Of a stretch of DNA of 64,000 nt, positions 19,197 through 27,552 are shown one piece after another (positions within the stretch are counted from its first letter, which is position 1; the number at the start of each line of letters is the position of its first letter). The position numbers and the translations under genes were made by a program. This DNA is from Candidatus Latescibacterota bacterium (GTDB lineage: Bacteria; Latescibacterota; UBA2968; UBA8231). The notes below the pieces were generated by a model. It made no database searches, was not told the DNA's origin, and saw only the letters and a program-made list of their open reading frames with translations. The stretch is from positions 5,504,001 to 5,568,000 of the forward strand of contig OZ244561.1 in the NCBI GenBank assembly GCA_965217585.1, read 5' to 3'.

Positions 19197-19346
19197 AATA
19201 GGGCCTAAAGGAAACGCGGCGTCTGGGGAACGCTACATACGCCGACCACGCCGCCTGCCGGCTTCCTCTGTGTAACGCCACTGGCCCAAGTTTTGCATAC
19301 TCAATTTTTGAGCGTATTTTAATCTTTAACCAGAGGTCCCAATCCC

Positions 19347-19700
19347 ATGCCTGCCGAACAACCCCTTACTGAATTGACGACGCGCGACGTCTTACTCCAA
19401 GTAGATCGCCGCCTGACCCTCATCGAAGACGACCTACGCACCCTAGATCAAAAATGGGACCAGCGATTCGGGTCCTTGGACCAGAAGATTGACTCCCGGT
19501 TCGATACTTTGGACCAAAAGATTGACTCCCGATTCGGGACTTTAGACCAAAAAATCGACTCCCGAACCAACCAACTACGCCAAGAAATGAACACCGGGTT
19601 TGTGGGACTACGCCAAGAAATGAACACCAAATTTCACTGGACACTCGGCGTCTTCCTAGCCAGTTGGATTTCCACCATCGGGACGCTGTTGCTCAAGTAA
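19347..19700 (+). CDS. Small coiled-coil protein with 11-aa repeats and C-terminal TM (CCDC90/DUF1640-like)
   Basis: LDQKIDSRFxT x3-4 and LRQEMNT x2 on a 33-bp period; hydrophobic C-terminus. Confidence 0.75.
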   Translation: MPAEQPLTELTTRDVLLQVDRRLTLIEDDLRTLDQKWDQRFGSLDQKIDSRFDTLDQKIDSRFGTLDQKIDSRTNQLRQEMNTGFVGLRQEMNTKFHWTLGVFLASWISTIGTLLLK

Positions 19701-19749
19701 GCGACCAGAATCCTCCCCTACTCTCCAAACAACCTTAGCCTTTCAATCG

Positions 19750-19809
19750 TCGGCATCCTCGTCTTCGCGGACGCCGTCGTCGGCCACTGAAGGGCTGCGG
19801 GAGTCGGGT
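19750..19809 (+). repeat. Third, shorter displaced copy of the CBM9-like gene 3' end
   Basis: tcggcatcctcgtcttcgcggacgccgtcgtcggccactgaagggctgcgg = GILVFADAVVGH*. Confidence 0.8.
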
Positions 19810-19852
19810 GCTGGTATGTTATTCGGAATTGTCGCAGACAGTGATCGACACT

Positions 19853-20464
19853 CTAAGGTTCAACACCGAAGAGAATAAGCGGAACAGCGGGAACGCCGCG
19901 CCCTTGCCTCAAGACGTTCGTTAGATCGCGTTCGTAGTAGGGAACGCCCGAAGACATCTCCCTTTCTAGGGACTTCATTGGCAGAATTTCAATGCCCAAA
20001 TCTATGATGTTAGAGACAAAGAAAGCGAGATGCTTCACAAATAGGTCGTGCGCCACAAACGCGTACTTTCCGAACTGCACTTCGACCACTACGCGTTCTT
20101 TCACGAAGTCCGATTGATTGTAGGAATAAATCGGCTCAAGCCCTACTTCGACTATACGTTGCTTCTGTTCATTGGGAGGAAGCCCAATTATCCCCCGGAC
20201 AACCTGCTCGTCCCTCGTCACCCAAAATTCCGCTCGCCGTTCCTTCCAACCGCGCTTTCCCAACTCGTCTTTGAACCTCTGATTCATATCCACGGGCGAG
20301 AAAAGCAATCGCCCTTTTTTCGTTCTCTCTTTGGATTTCTTGGTGCGACATGTGTTTGCGTCCACGCTATCTATGACTTCATGGATTTCATCCCACAATT
20401 GCGGATGCCGGAAGCGCAGAAACTCCTCACCATTCAGGTGGGAGTAATAGGCCGCCACCTTCAT
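19853..20464 (-). CDS. Type II restriction endonuclease, BglII/BstYI family
   Basis: MKVAAYYSHLNGEEFL start; SYNQSDFVKERVVVEVQFGKY catalytic region; MSSGVPYYE. Confidence 0.88.
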   Translation of the reverse strand: MKVAAYYSHLNGEEFLRFRHPQLWDEIHEVIDSVDANTCRTKKSKERTKKGRLLFSPVDMNQRFKDELGKRGWKERRAEFWVTRDEQVVRGIIGLPPNEQKQRIVEVGLEPIYSYNQSDFVKERVVVEVQFGKYAFVAHDLFVKHLAFFVSNIIDLGIEILPMKSLEREMSSGVPYYERDLTNVLRQGRGVPAVPLILFGVEP

Positions 20465-21410
20465 CTTTAGTGCCCGCCATTGGGTTTTGTCGGATCGTAC
20501 ACGGGCTTTCCCATTGGGCGAGTTCGCAGCGTCCCATTGGCAAGGGTCTGCACTCGTTGCCACGCGATGTCACGTACGCCTGCTCAATATCGCAGCCGTA
20601 TCCGACGCGACCGTGGAGCAACGCGGCAATAACCGAAGACCCAACGCCCATGTACGGATCAAACACGCAATCCCCCTCATCGGTCAACGCGAGCACGAGC
20701 CGTTCGACCAATTCTACGGGAAATTGACAGGGATGGATTGTCTTCTCGACGTGGTTGCTCTTAACGTTTGGAAAGATCCACACATCGCCGGGGTTTTTTC
20801 CCTTTGGATTGCCAGACAGCTGGCCGGCATTCGGCCCTTTGAAATGGCGCTTCTTGGGGTACTTCGACGGGACGCGGATTGCATCCAAATTGAGCGTGTA
20901 GGTATCACTTTTCGTCCACCAGTTGATCGTTTCGTAGCGCCCCGAAAGCCTCTTGGTGCAGTGCAGGCCATGCTCGAAGTGCCAGACGATGCGGTTCCGG
21001 AGCTTAAATCCATGCGACTTGAATACCGGATACAAGACCGCATCAAGCGGCACGATCTCGCCTTGAGCCACGTAGTTGCCCGTCTGCCAACAGATCGATC
21101 CCCCTGGATCTAGCAAGCGGGCACACGCCTCGACTACGGCTTCTTGCTGGCGGACATACGCCTCCAAGGGTGCCTTCTTCTCGTAGTCCTTGCCGATGTT
21201 GTAGGGTGGCGACGTGACGATCAGCTTCATGGATTCGTCGGTCAAATCCTCCATGAAGCGCAGATTGTCTTGGCAAGCCATGTGCGGAGCCGTTCCCTTG
21301 AGCCGCGCTTTGGCCTGTTGCTCTGGTATCTCGCTACTTGGCGGAAACAAGCCGAGCGTCATTACGGCGTCCTCCTTGGTGTGCCGTTTGTTGGCAAAAA
21401 TCTCCATCAC
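20427..21410 (-). CDS. Site-specific DNA methyltransferase (beta class, N4C/N6A), apparent -1 frameshift near C-terminus
   Basis: TSPPYN motif IV, HPCQFP, DPYMGVGSS motif I; the family-like C-terminus lies in another frame ending at stop 20467. Confidence 0.88.
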   Translation of the reverse strand: MMEIFANKRHTKEDAVMTLGLFPPSSEIPEQQAKARLKGTAPHMACQDNLRFMEDLTDESMKLIVTSPPYNIGKDYEKKAPLEAYVRQQEAVVEACARLLDPGGSICWQTGNYVAQGEIVPLDAVLYPVFKSHGFKLRNRIVWHFEHGLHCTKRLSGRYETINWWTKSDTYTLNLDAIRVPSKYPKKRHFKGPNAGQLSGNPKGKNPGDVWIFPNVKSNHVEKTIHPCQFPVELVERLVLALTDEGDCVFDPYMGVGSSVIAALLHGRVGYGCDIEQAYVTSRGNECRPLPMGRCELAQWESPCTIRQNPMAGTKDEGGGLLLPPEW

Positions 21411-21419
21411 ACACCTCCC

Positions 21420-23102
21420 CTACTCCCCAAACAACGCCGCCACATCCCGCTCCACCTTTTCCCGCCGCTCCTCGGCCGGCAGGTCGTCCAAACAGCCCAT
21501 CGCGCTGTAGAACTGGGCATCGTAGTCACGGGTCTTGATCACCACCGGCATGGGCACGGCGTGGCCGAGGATCAGGGCCTGCTGCTTGGAGTCGAGACTG
21601 GCCAACACGCTGCGCAGCCCTTCGGTGCCGCTGACGCCAGTAAGCACCGCCTGGATGTCCTTTTCGTCGTTGAGCAGGGCCGTGATGCGCGTGCCAATCT
21701 GCGAGAGCACCTCGTCGTCAATGCTCGACGGCCGCTGATCAACCACCAACAGCGAGACATAGTACTTGCGCATCTCGCGGGCAATGGTGCCGAAGATGGT
21801 CTGCTTAGCCGCCATGGGGTTGAGGAACTTGTGCGCCTCCTCAATGGTGATCATGAGTTGACGCGGCTGGTCCTCGGCGCGCTGGGTGGCGTAGAAGCGC
21901 TCGCTCTTCTTGACGTACATCTCGTGGATGCGCCGCGCGATGATGTTGGCCACCAACAAATAGCACAGCATACTCGTCTGCTGCCCGAACTCCAGCACCA
22001 CGTTGATTCCCTTGTCGAGGTATTCCATGATGCGGTCCACCACGTCGCCGCCCCTGAGCTTGGAGACCATAAAGGGAAAGTTCTCGAGCCGTTTGAGCTT
22101 GCGATGCAGAGCGACTAAAGACCCAGCGTGCGCGCCGATCTCGCGGGCGAATTCCTCCACATCCGGGCCTTCCAACTTCAAGAGCGTGCTCAGCCAGCGC
22201 TCCTTGTAAATCGCGTACACCAAGTAGGCCGACTCCACGGCCGTGGGGTTGAGCTTGAGTTCGTCTTGCAGCGGGGCAATATCTTCGACTGTGATCTGGT
22301 CGTAGGAGATATAGACCTCGTGATCCGGCTGCACGCCGCGGGCGCGGGTCGATTGGGGGTCCAAGGAAAAAATCGCCACCCGCTCGCCGAAAAGCTGCTT
22401 GAGGCCCTTGACGAAAGTCGTGGTGGAGCCGTTTTCCTTCATGGCCTTGAAACCGTACTCGTTGTGCATGTCGAAGATCAGGTTGACGGCCTTGTCGTAG
22501 TGAATCAGCCCGCACAGTACCAGCCGCGTCAGGAAGGACTTGCCCGTGCCGGTCTTGCCGAATATGCCGTTGGAGCGCTCGGCAAAGCGGATCATGTCGA
22601 GGCAGACCTGCGTGTCCATGTCGAGTGGGTGGCCGATGCTGAAGTAGCGGCCCTCGGGATCGCCCTCGCTGCCGAATATCTTGGCCACGTCTTCGGCCAT
22701 GGCCTCTTGGACCTCGGAGAAGTGGCTCGGAATGGCCTTGACCGGACGCGGGCCTTCTTCGGCCCCTGCGTCCTTGGACATCATCAGCATGGGCCGCAGC
22801 GAGACGATGTTGTACGTGCTGGTGCCGGCGAGCACTTGGCGCAGCAGCGCATCTTCTTGGCCCGGAGGATGCAGGAGAATCTCTTGGTTGTTGGCGTCGA
22901 GGCGCATGTCGGTGACCATGGAGAAAAAGTCGTTTTTGTCGCCCTCAATGACCACGAATTTGCCGGCCTTCATGTCCTCGACGTTCTGCTCGGGGTCCAG
23001 CTTCATCTCCAGCCCCTCGACCAGCGAGCCTTTGGTAATTACCCCGATCTGCTGGCCGCGACTGGCTGCGGCTGGCACTCCGTTGCGCGCGTATTTTGCC
23101 AT
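21420..23102 (-). CDS. herA: HerA-family helicase/translocase ATPase (HAS barrel + DUF87)
   Basis: N-terminal HAS barrel, GKTGTGKS Walker A, IFDMHNEY, IEEAH, REMRKY arginine finger, DQRPS. Confidence 0.88.
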   Translation of the reverse strand: MAKYARNGVPAAASRGQQIGVITKGSLVEGLEMKLDPEQNVEDMKAGKFVVIEGDKNDFFSMVTDMRLDANNQEILLHPPGQEDALLRQVLAGTSTYNIVSLRPMLMMSKDAGAEEGPRPVKAIPSHFSEVQEAMAEDVAKIFGSEGDPEGRYFSIGHPLDMDTQVCLDMIRFAERSNGIFGKTGTGKSFLTRLVLCGLIHYDKAVNLIFDMHNEYGFKAMKENGSTTTFVKGLKQLFGERVAIFSLDPQSTRARGVQPDHEVYISYDQITVEDIAPLQDELKLNPTAVESAYLVYAIYKERWLSTLLKLEGPDVEEFAREIGAHAGSLVALHRKLKRLENFPFMVSKLRGGDVVDRIMEYLDKGINVVLEFGQQTSMLCYLLVANIIARRIHEMYVKKSERFYATQRAEDQPRQLMITIEEAHKFLNPMAAKQTIFGTIAREMRKYYVSLLVVDQRPSSIDDEVLSQIGTRITALLNDEKDIQAVLTGVSGTEGLRSVLASLDSKQQALILGHAVPMPVVIKTRDYDAQFYSAMGCLDDLPAEERREKVERDVAALFGE

Positions 23103-23104
23103 CG

Positions 23105-23761
23105 TTAGTTGACCACCCGTCGAATAATTGAGCTGAGCCGGTCGTAGTCGTCGCTGAGGAGCCGCGACAGCTCCTTGCCCATCTGCACCAAGTAGGACGG
23201 CGCGTGTCCATGGGCGCGCACCGCGTGGCGCAACACCGAGATTACCAGCTCGTCAGTGGGTATTTTGGAGGTATTGAGGATGCTGCGCAGATAGTCGTCG
23301 GTGCGGGTGAAGGCTCGCACTTGCTCGTCTGAGCACAAGTACACAAAGCTGTGGATGCGGGCCGGCTGCGGCGGCAGGATTTGCACGGACTCGTCGCCGT
23401 CCAAATAGCCGATGACGAGGGCTTGGAACTCCGTGCGCAACAGCTCGAAAATTTGCGGCTGCTCTAGGCGCAGTTCCTCTTCGGTCTTGCCATAGGCCGT
23501 GGGCCGGCGGTTCGCCTCGATGGAGTGCGTGAAGACGTTGAATACAATGCCGACCACCGGCATCGCGGCCTCCACGCGGACGAACTGACCAAAGGAGGGC
23601 GCACCGTGTAGCTCGCGCGCTTGAGCAATCAACTCGGCGGTGCTGCTCTCGACGACTTCGCCCACGTGGGTCCGCTCGGCCCCGGAGTCGCCGGGCAACG
23701 GCAGGGACTCGGACAGGAAGCGGCTCAGCGGGCCTCGCTCGCGCTCTTTGATCGTTTCCAC
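23105..23761 (-). CDS. HAS-barrel domain protein of bacterial NurA/HerA operons
   Basis: VGEVVESST...APSFGQFV, EQPQIFELLRTEF, LPPQPARIHSFV; located between nurA and herA. Confidence 0.8.
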   Translation of the reverse strand: METIKERERGPLSRFLSESLPLPGDSGAERTHVGEVVESSTAELIAQARELHGAPSFGQFVRVEAAMPVVGIVFNVFTHSIEANRRPTAYGKTEEELRLEQPQIFELLRTEFQALVIGYLDGDESVQILPPQPARIHSFVYLCSDEQVRAFTRTDDYLRSILNTSKIPTDELVISVLRHAVRAHGHAPSYLVQMGKELSRLLSDDYDRLSSIIRRVVN

Positions 23762-23773
23762 GGTGGGCCTCCC

Positions 23774-25009
23774 CTAAATGCCGGTGTAGCGCTTCTTGAA
23801 ACTCTTGGTTGACAAGCGGGTTTGCAGGTCGTTTTTGACAAAGGTGTCGCGCAAAAAGCGATAGAACGCCTCGCGGTCCGCGCTGCGCACCACGGCGCGC
23901 TCGTGCGCCTCGGCCAAGGCGACCGGATAGCCCTGGCCCTTTTCGGCTTGGTCGCACAGACAGGCGTGGACCAAATCGAGCAGCTCGCGGTCAGTCGCCA
24001 CCCATTCCGGGATTTCGACCCGGCCGATCTCGGCCCCTACGTGCAGATAGAAGTAGTAGATGTGATGCGGCCCGTACTCGGCAAGGATCTTGGACGCGCT
24101 GCGGTAGAGCGGCGTGCGCTGCCCTGGGCGGAGCACCTGCCGCACCAAAACCGCGTCGTTCAGCCCCTCAATGGGGCTACAGGGCAAGCCGCGGCCCTGC
24201 CACAAGTCCCCTTGCAGGGCGTCGATCTCTTCGCGGCTGAAGTGGAGCTGGTTTTCTTCCTGATAGGGGCAGCGGTCGCAGTTGGCCGCTACAAGCGGGC
24301 ACAGGCCCAGTTTGAGGGCGTTGATCAATTCTTGGCTCCCCGGCTGGCTGATGTAACCAGCCACCGGCACCCGCGCCTCGCGCAACCCGTCCATTGCCGC
24401 CAAGGTGGCCTCTAGGTGCGCGGCGCGGAAGTCTTGCGGCTTGCCCTCCAAGTTCCACAGAATCAGCGTGCCGTCGGAAAGCGCCAGCGTCCGGTGCCCC
24501 TCGGCGTGGGCCGCCAAAGCCAAATCGGCCAACTCGGTGAACTCCATGAGGCCGCGCTTGAAGCCGACGAGATCGCGATTGACGAAGAGCCGCACTCCGC
24601 CCCATTCCTCGTAGATTTCCTCCTCTCGGTAGTAGAGCCGCGGCTTGCTGCTCATCAGCGGCTTCTCGCCAGTGCCGTAGTGCAGCAAGATGTAGCCGAT
24701 ATTGATCAGAAAACAGGCCGAGATCTCATGGCGGTCGGGAAAAATTTGCGAGCCATCCGTGGCGGCGATGCTGATGGTGCTCGGGCGGGCGGGCGAGTCG
24801 ATTCCGCCGCCGAGGCCCTCGCTTAAGCCGGGCAACAGCCAAGAGGTGCGACTCTCGTCGATCTTGCGGGCCAAGCGCTCCCACTCGGGCAGCCAACGCT
24901 GGTATTGGGCCAAGGCCAATTCGAGCTTGGCGCGAAAGTCCTCTTGGACGCGGCGCTCGTCGGCCACCATGCCGTCTATTTGGGTTTTTACCGAATACAG
25001 ATCTAACAT
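23774..25009 (-). CDS. nurA: NurA-family double-strand-break repair nuclease
   Basis: ATDGSQI, LSDGTL, GYIS, RVEIPEWV, GYPVALAEAHERAVV motifs; Cys-rich insert (CPLVAANCDRC). Confidence 0.88.
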   Translation of the reverse strand: MLDLYSVKTQIDGMVADERRVQEDFRAKLELALAQYQRWLPEWERLARKIDESRTSWLLPGLSEGLGGGIDSPARPSTISIAATDGSQIFPDRHEISACFLINIGYILLHYGTGEKPLMSSKPRLYYREEEIYEEWGGVRLFVNRDLVGFKRGLMEFTELADLALAAHAEGHRTLALSDGTLILWNLEGKPQDFRAAHLEATLAAMDGLREARVPVAGYISQPGSQELINALKLGLCPLVAANCDRCPYQEENQLHFSREEIDALQGDLWQGRGLPCSPIEGLNDAVLVRQVLRPGQRTPLYRSASKILAEYGPHHIYYFYLHVGAEIGRVEIPEWVATDRELLDLVHACLCDQAEKGQGYPVALAEAHERAVVRSADREAFYRFLRDTFVKNDLQTRLSTKSFKKRYTGI

Positions 25010-25060
25010 GGCATTAGCCTTGCGGGCAGCTCTGGATCGGCCCCGTCGAGATGCGCGCAT

Positions 25061-25732
25061 TTATTCGGCCTCTTCCCACGTTTCGCCCCCATCAATCGAA
25101 AAGCGCGTGTGCTTGCGCCAAACCGCCCAGTCGTCGCCGGCGCGGACCAAGTCGGCGGCAGCGGTCGCGGCGATGTACTGGCCCACCTCGCCGCTGCCGT
25201 CGGGCCGGTTGGTCTCAATGCGGATTTCGCTGAACTCGACGCGGCCCTGCAACAGCTCGGCCGCACCGCGCTGCACGGCAAAGGCGCGCCGCTCCCAAGC
25301 CTCGCGCTCGATGTCGCGGACGCGAAACCGCAGCCACAGCCGACCGAAATCCTCGTCTAACCCAACCCCGTAGAACACCCCGTAGCGATCGTTGACCAGT
25401 TCCTTAATTCGGGGGCGTTCGTCTTGGAGCGGTGGAATCGGCTCCTCCTTCGGCGCGTCGCGCTCCTCCTCGGAGACGTAGCCTTCCAAGGAAGGCCCCC
25501 AAACCCAACCTTCGACGCGGAAGCGCACCCAGCGGCCCTCTTCGCCGATGGATTCGATCTCCGTGCCAGCCAGCAAGGTGCCCAGCTTGGTGCCGTTGGG
25601 CACGTCGCGAAAGTTTTCCACGCTAGCCTCGACGACGAAGGTGTGGTCGCTGCGCAGCTTGGCCGCCACGGCTCCTAAAGCCAAGGCGGCGACTAGGGCC
25701 GCTCCTAGGGAGTACTTAGACAATCGAGACAT
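25061..25732 (-). CDS. Exported/membrane-anchored hypothetical protein with SH3b-like N-terminal domain
   Basis: Signal/anchor, ENFRDVPNGTKLGTL...WVRFRVEGWVW SH3b-like pattern; overlaps upstream gene. Confidence 0.65.
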   Translation of the reverse strand: MSRLSKYSLGAALVAALALGAVAAKLRSDHTFVVEASVENFRDVPNGTKLGTLLAGTEIESIGEEGRWVRFRVEGWVWGPSLEGYVSEEERDAPKEEPIPPLQDERPRIKELVNDRYGVFYGVGLDEDFGRLWLRFRVRDIEREAWERRAFAVQRGAAELLQGRVEFSEIRIETNRPDGSGEVGQYIAATAAADLVRAGDDWAVWRKHTRFSIDGGETWEEAE

Positions 25733-26306
25733 AGTAGAATTGCCGTCCGCCGCCGGCGACCGACCCATCGCGCAGGCGGCACACCAACCCGAGGCGTTGC
25801 AGGGCGTTGAGGCGATTGCAGACGATGTTGATGTTTTTGCCGAGCGCGTCGGAGATCTCGGCCGAGGTCGCGCACTTGTGGGCTAGCAGCACGTCGAGCA
25901 CCTCGCGCATCGGCGTCTTGATTACCCCGAGCACCTCGACGTGCGCACCGTCTTTGTACAACGCGGCCAGCTCGCGGAGCTGCAACACGGCCGCGATGGT
26001 CTCGCGCACCGAGATATTGGCCCCGGCGATATAGACGTAGCGGTGCCCTATCTCGCCGCTGGTCAGGCGCAAGAGCAGCTTGTTGAGCATCTCGTCGGCG
26101 CACGAGACATCCATGAATGAAACGGGGGAAAAGTCGAGCGGCGTGGCTGAGTCGGCCGGGCCGCTGAGCAGGTGCTGCATCAATTCTTCAAGTAGCTCGG
26201 CCCCGCGAGGCCGCCCGCTGAATATGCCCTGCTCGCCGGCGAACAGGTACGCGGGGGCTTGATATATGGCCTGCTGTTGTACGCGCTCTTCAACGGCTGA
26301 ATCCAT
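25716..26306 (-). CDS. STAS-like (DUF4325-like) domain fused to winged HTH
   Basis: SGRPRG, LDFSPVSFMDVSCADE STAS-like phospho-loop; ATSAEISDALGKNINIVCNRLNALQRLGLV wHTH. Confidence 0.7.
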   Translation of the reverse strand: MDSAVEERVQQQAIYQAPAYLFAGEQGIFSGRPRGAELLEELMQHLLSGPADSATPLDFSPVSFMDVSCADEMLNKLLLRLTSGEIGHRYVYIAGANISVRETIAAVLQLRELAALYKDGAHVEVLGVIKTPMREVLDVLLAHKCATSAEISDALGKNINIVCNRLNALQRLGLVCRLRDGSVAGGGRQFYYVSIV

Positions 26307-26323
26307 GAGCCGCGCCTTTCCTG

Positions 26324-26387
26324 TAATTAAAAACAGCTTAACTGTATCCAATTAAAGAAACTTATGCGAGGATTTCCCGACTGTCAA
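26324..26387 (-). promoter_or_regulatory. Sigma-70 promoter with downstream inverted-repeat operator
   Basis: Minus strand TTGACA (26387-26382)-N17-TAAGTT (26364-26359); imperfect palindrome taattaaaaacag-N5-ctgtatccaatta at 26324-26354. Confidence 0.65.
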
Positions 26388-26444
26388 GCAAATTCTACCA
26401 CAAAATGAGCGATGCGGAATTAGATGGATACCAATATGATGGGG

Positions 26445-26576
26445 CTAGAAAGGAAATAGAATGCCCACAGCCACGTATGCAGCCACGGCGAGGCCGGCGA
26501 TGATCACCGCTAGGGCCAACAGCAACCAAGGCTCGTAGGGGGGCGGCTTCGGGGGCCTGTGATGCTGACCGAACAT
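26445..26576 (-). CDS. 43-aa single-pass membrane protein (missed by ORF track)
   Basis: MFGQHHRPPKPPPYEPWLLLALAVIIAGLAVAAYVAVGILFPF*; ATG 3 nt after the upstream stop. Confidence 0.55.
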   Translation of the reverse strand: MFGQHHRPPKPPPYEPWLLLALAVIIAGLAVAAYVAVGILFPF

Positions 26577-26579
26577 CGC

Positions 26580-27461
26580 TTACTCGCCGCCTTCGCGCTG
26601 ATAGAGTGCGATGGCAATCTGGGTGCCGGGAAAGTGGACCGAAGCGTGTTCCCAGTGCCGCCGACCGCGAATATAGACCCGAGTATCCCCCGAGCGGATG
26701 TGCAACGAGCCGTTGTAGCGATTGCAGATTTGATTGACGATATACAGCCCTAGGCCGCGGGTTGCGTCGCGGGAAAAGTGCTTCTGTAACGAGTTGAGTA
26801 TGGCCGTACCGTGCGACCAATCCGCCGCGTCGTAGCGCACCGATAGGCTCTTCTTGATACCGATTCCGAGGTCCCCCACCCCGATGACCACGTATTTTTT
26901 GCCCACCCGCGAGTCCAAGTAGCGCTGGGCCGTGAGGTAGCCCCAATTCTCGCTGTGGTCGAGAATGTTGTGGCACAGCTCGGCGACGACATTCTTGAAC
27001 TGGTTGATCTCCACCTCGGTGTAGCGCAATTCCTCGGCCAGAATCGCCTCTACGCGCTGGCCGATTTTGCCCAACACGGTCTCGATATCCACCCGCTCCT
27101 CAATCCGCGTGATTTCCAACAGGGCCTCGCTCTCTTCCTTTTCCCGCTCCTGATCCACGATGAGCGTCGGCCCGGCTAGCTCGACCCCATCCACGGCCGC
27201 GGCGAACCGCACTCGTCCCAGATAGGTGCGCAATGCAAAGGCGCGGGGCAAGTGGAAGACGACCCGCGACGAGAGCGCGTCCCCGTAGCGCGCCATCAAG
27301 CACAAGGCCACCAAGCCGTAGGGGTCAATAAAGTGCAGGGGACGCAAATCGACCTCCAAGGGCTGCCCAGGCACGGCTCCGTGCGCGTAGTCGAGAAACT
27401 CTACGAGGAATTCGTCGGCCGTGCGCGGCGTCAGCTTGTCTGTTGGCAGGGCTAGGATCAC
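26580..27461 (-). CDS. STAS-like + GHKL/HATPase protein (anti-sigma-type Ser kinase-like)
   Basis: VDLRPLHFIDPYGLV STAS-like; ELCHNILDHS N-box, VGDLGIGI G1, RGLGL G2, FPGTQI. Confidence 0.8.
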   Translation of the reverse strand: MILALPTDKLTPRTADEFLVEFLDYAHGAVPGQPLEVDLRPLHFIDPYGLVALCLMARYGDALSSRVVFHLPRAFALRTYLGRVRFAAAVDGVELAGPTLIVDQEREKEESEALLEITRIEERVDIETVLGKIGQRVEAILAEELRYTEVEINQFKNVVAELCHNILDHSENWGYLTAQRYLDSRVGKKYVVIGVGDLGIGIKKSLSVRYDAADWSHGTAILNSLQKHFSRDATRGLGLYIVNQICNRYNGSLHIRSGDTRVYIRGRRHWEHASVHFPGTQIAIALYQREGGE

Positions 27462-27552
27462 GGATAGCGTGCTCTCCTTGCTTTAGGAAACAAAAATATA
27501 CGCACTCGCTCGCACCTGCGCCCAGAGCACGTATCTAAACAACTTGTGGGTC

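Noticed and set aside
3200-19809. Prophage, ICE or integron explanation for the island
   Set aside because: No integrase, transposase, relaxase, phage structural genes, tRNA target or attC-like palindromes recognised
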